Shown in pieces: positions 63,161 through 64,000 of a stretch of DNA of 64,000 nt. Each line of letters starts with the position of its first letter. Position 1 is the stretch's first letter. A program made the translations under genes and the position numbers. The DNA is taken from NCBI RefSeq assembly GCF_018977255.1, contig NW_024704742.1, positions 9,736,001-9,800,000 of the forward strand, read 5' to 3'. Under the pieces are notes generated by a model. The model was not told the origin of the DNA, searched no databases, and saw nothing but the letters and a program-made list of their open reading frames with translations. This stretch comes from Callorhinchus milii. Taxonomy: Eukaryota.

Positions 63161-63618
63161 GGTACTTTTCTGATATTGATGTTAATGTATCTTGTTGGAG
63201 CAGCGTAGAGGGAGCTTTACAACCAACTGTTCTGTGTCTGACTGCCGTGGGAACACTTGAGGGTGATACTCGGATGGTAAAAGTAAGAAAGTGAGCTGTT
63301 CTGCCTCACCTATGTGAAGACAAAATTAATCAAAAAAAATTAATTCATATCATTTTAACAACTTGCATCGGATTTATTCAGCAATAGCAGAATCTCAGTT
63401 TGTGCTGCTTTTACAACAACAACTTGCATTTATATAGTGTCCCTCACATAGGGCAGTGTCCCACTGTGCTTACATTGCATATTTGTCTCAAGAGGGGAAC
63501 TATTGGGGCAGATTATGTATTTTAATTAATAAATAAAGAAATACCCACTCAGAAATACAACAAAACTCACTCCGTAAGACTTTTGAAGTGAGAAAAGTCT
63601 CTCCTTGACAGCATCATT

Positions 63619-63840
63619 CAAAACAACAACAACTTGCATTTTTATAGCGTCCTTCATACTGGGTAGTATCCCGCAGAATTAAAGTTTGAGACTGAGTATT
63701 TTGGCACTGAGCTGGGGAGAAAGGAGAGGTGACCATAGGCACGCTCGAAAAGGAAAATCTCCAGAAGACTGACAAAAGAGGAGGCAAGGTGGAGGGATTG
63801 AGGTATGGAGTTCCAGAGGGTATGGGCACAGTAGCTGAAA
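63619..63840 (-). mobile_element. L2 3' fragment
   Basis: FSYCAHTLWNSIPQSL; (CAA)n on the plus strand. Confidence 0.8.
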
Positions 63841-64000
63841 ATCACTTAATGTAATTCTCAAGTAAAGCAAAACTAGTTGTTTTTCTCTGCAGGGAGATAT
63901 TACACTACACACTGGGCGCTATATAAATACAGGCTTTTATTGTTGTTGTTTTCACTGGGTGATATTTCCATGGTTTCAGTCAAACAGGAATCTTCTTCTC

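Overview
Repeat-rich vertebrate non-coding DNA (large intron or gene desert). The repeat set points to a cartilaginous fish, most plausibly a chimaera such as the elephant shark Callorhinchus milii; this is inferred from the repeats, not from a search. No host protein-coding exon could be recognised. The only convincing coding sequences are retrotransposon ORF2/RT remnants (CR1 and L2 clades) and a short Harbinger-like transposase relic. The window holds roughly 25 copies of a young tRNA-Ala-headed SINE in two subfamilies, roughly 15 copies of an older SacSINE1/AmnSINE1-like Deu-domain SINE, three or more CR1 families, many L2 3' fragments, hAT-like, Tc1/mariner-like and probable Harbinger-derived MITEs, Penelope-type terminal fragments (one with a decayed hammerhead motif), an unclassified repeat and two minisatellites. 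The most informative signals concern TE biology: a SINE 3' stem-loop that differs from the L2 stem-loop by one compensatory base pair, modular SINE evolution, multi-level nesting, and a CR1 inserted at the homologous position of another CR1. I cannot confidently claim a novel host system. Repeat boundaries were read by eye and are approximate (about 10-30 bp) unless TSDs or TIRs are quoted.
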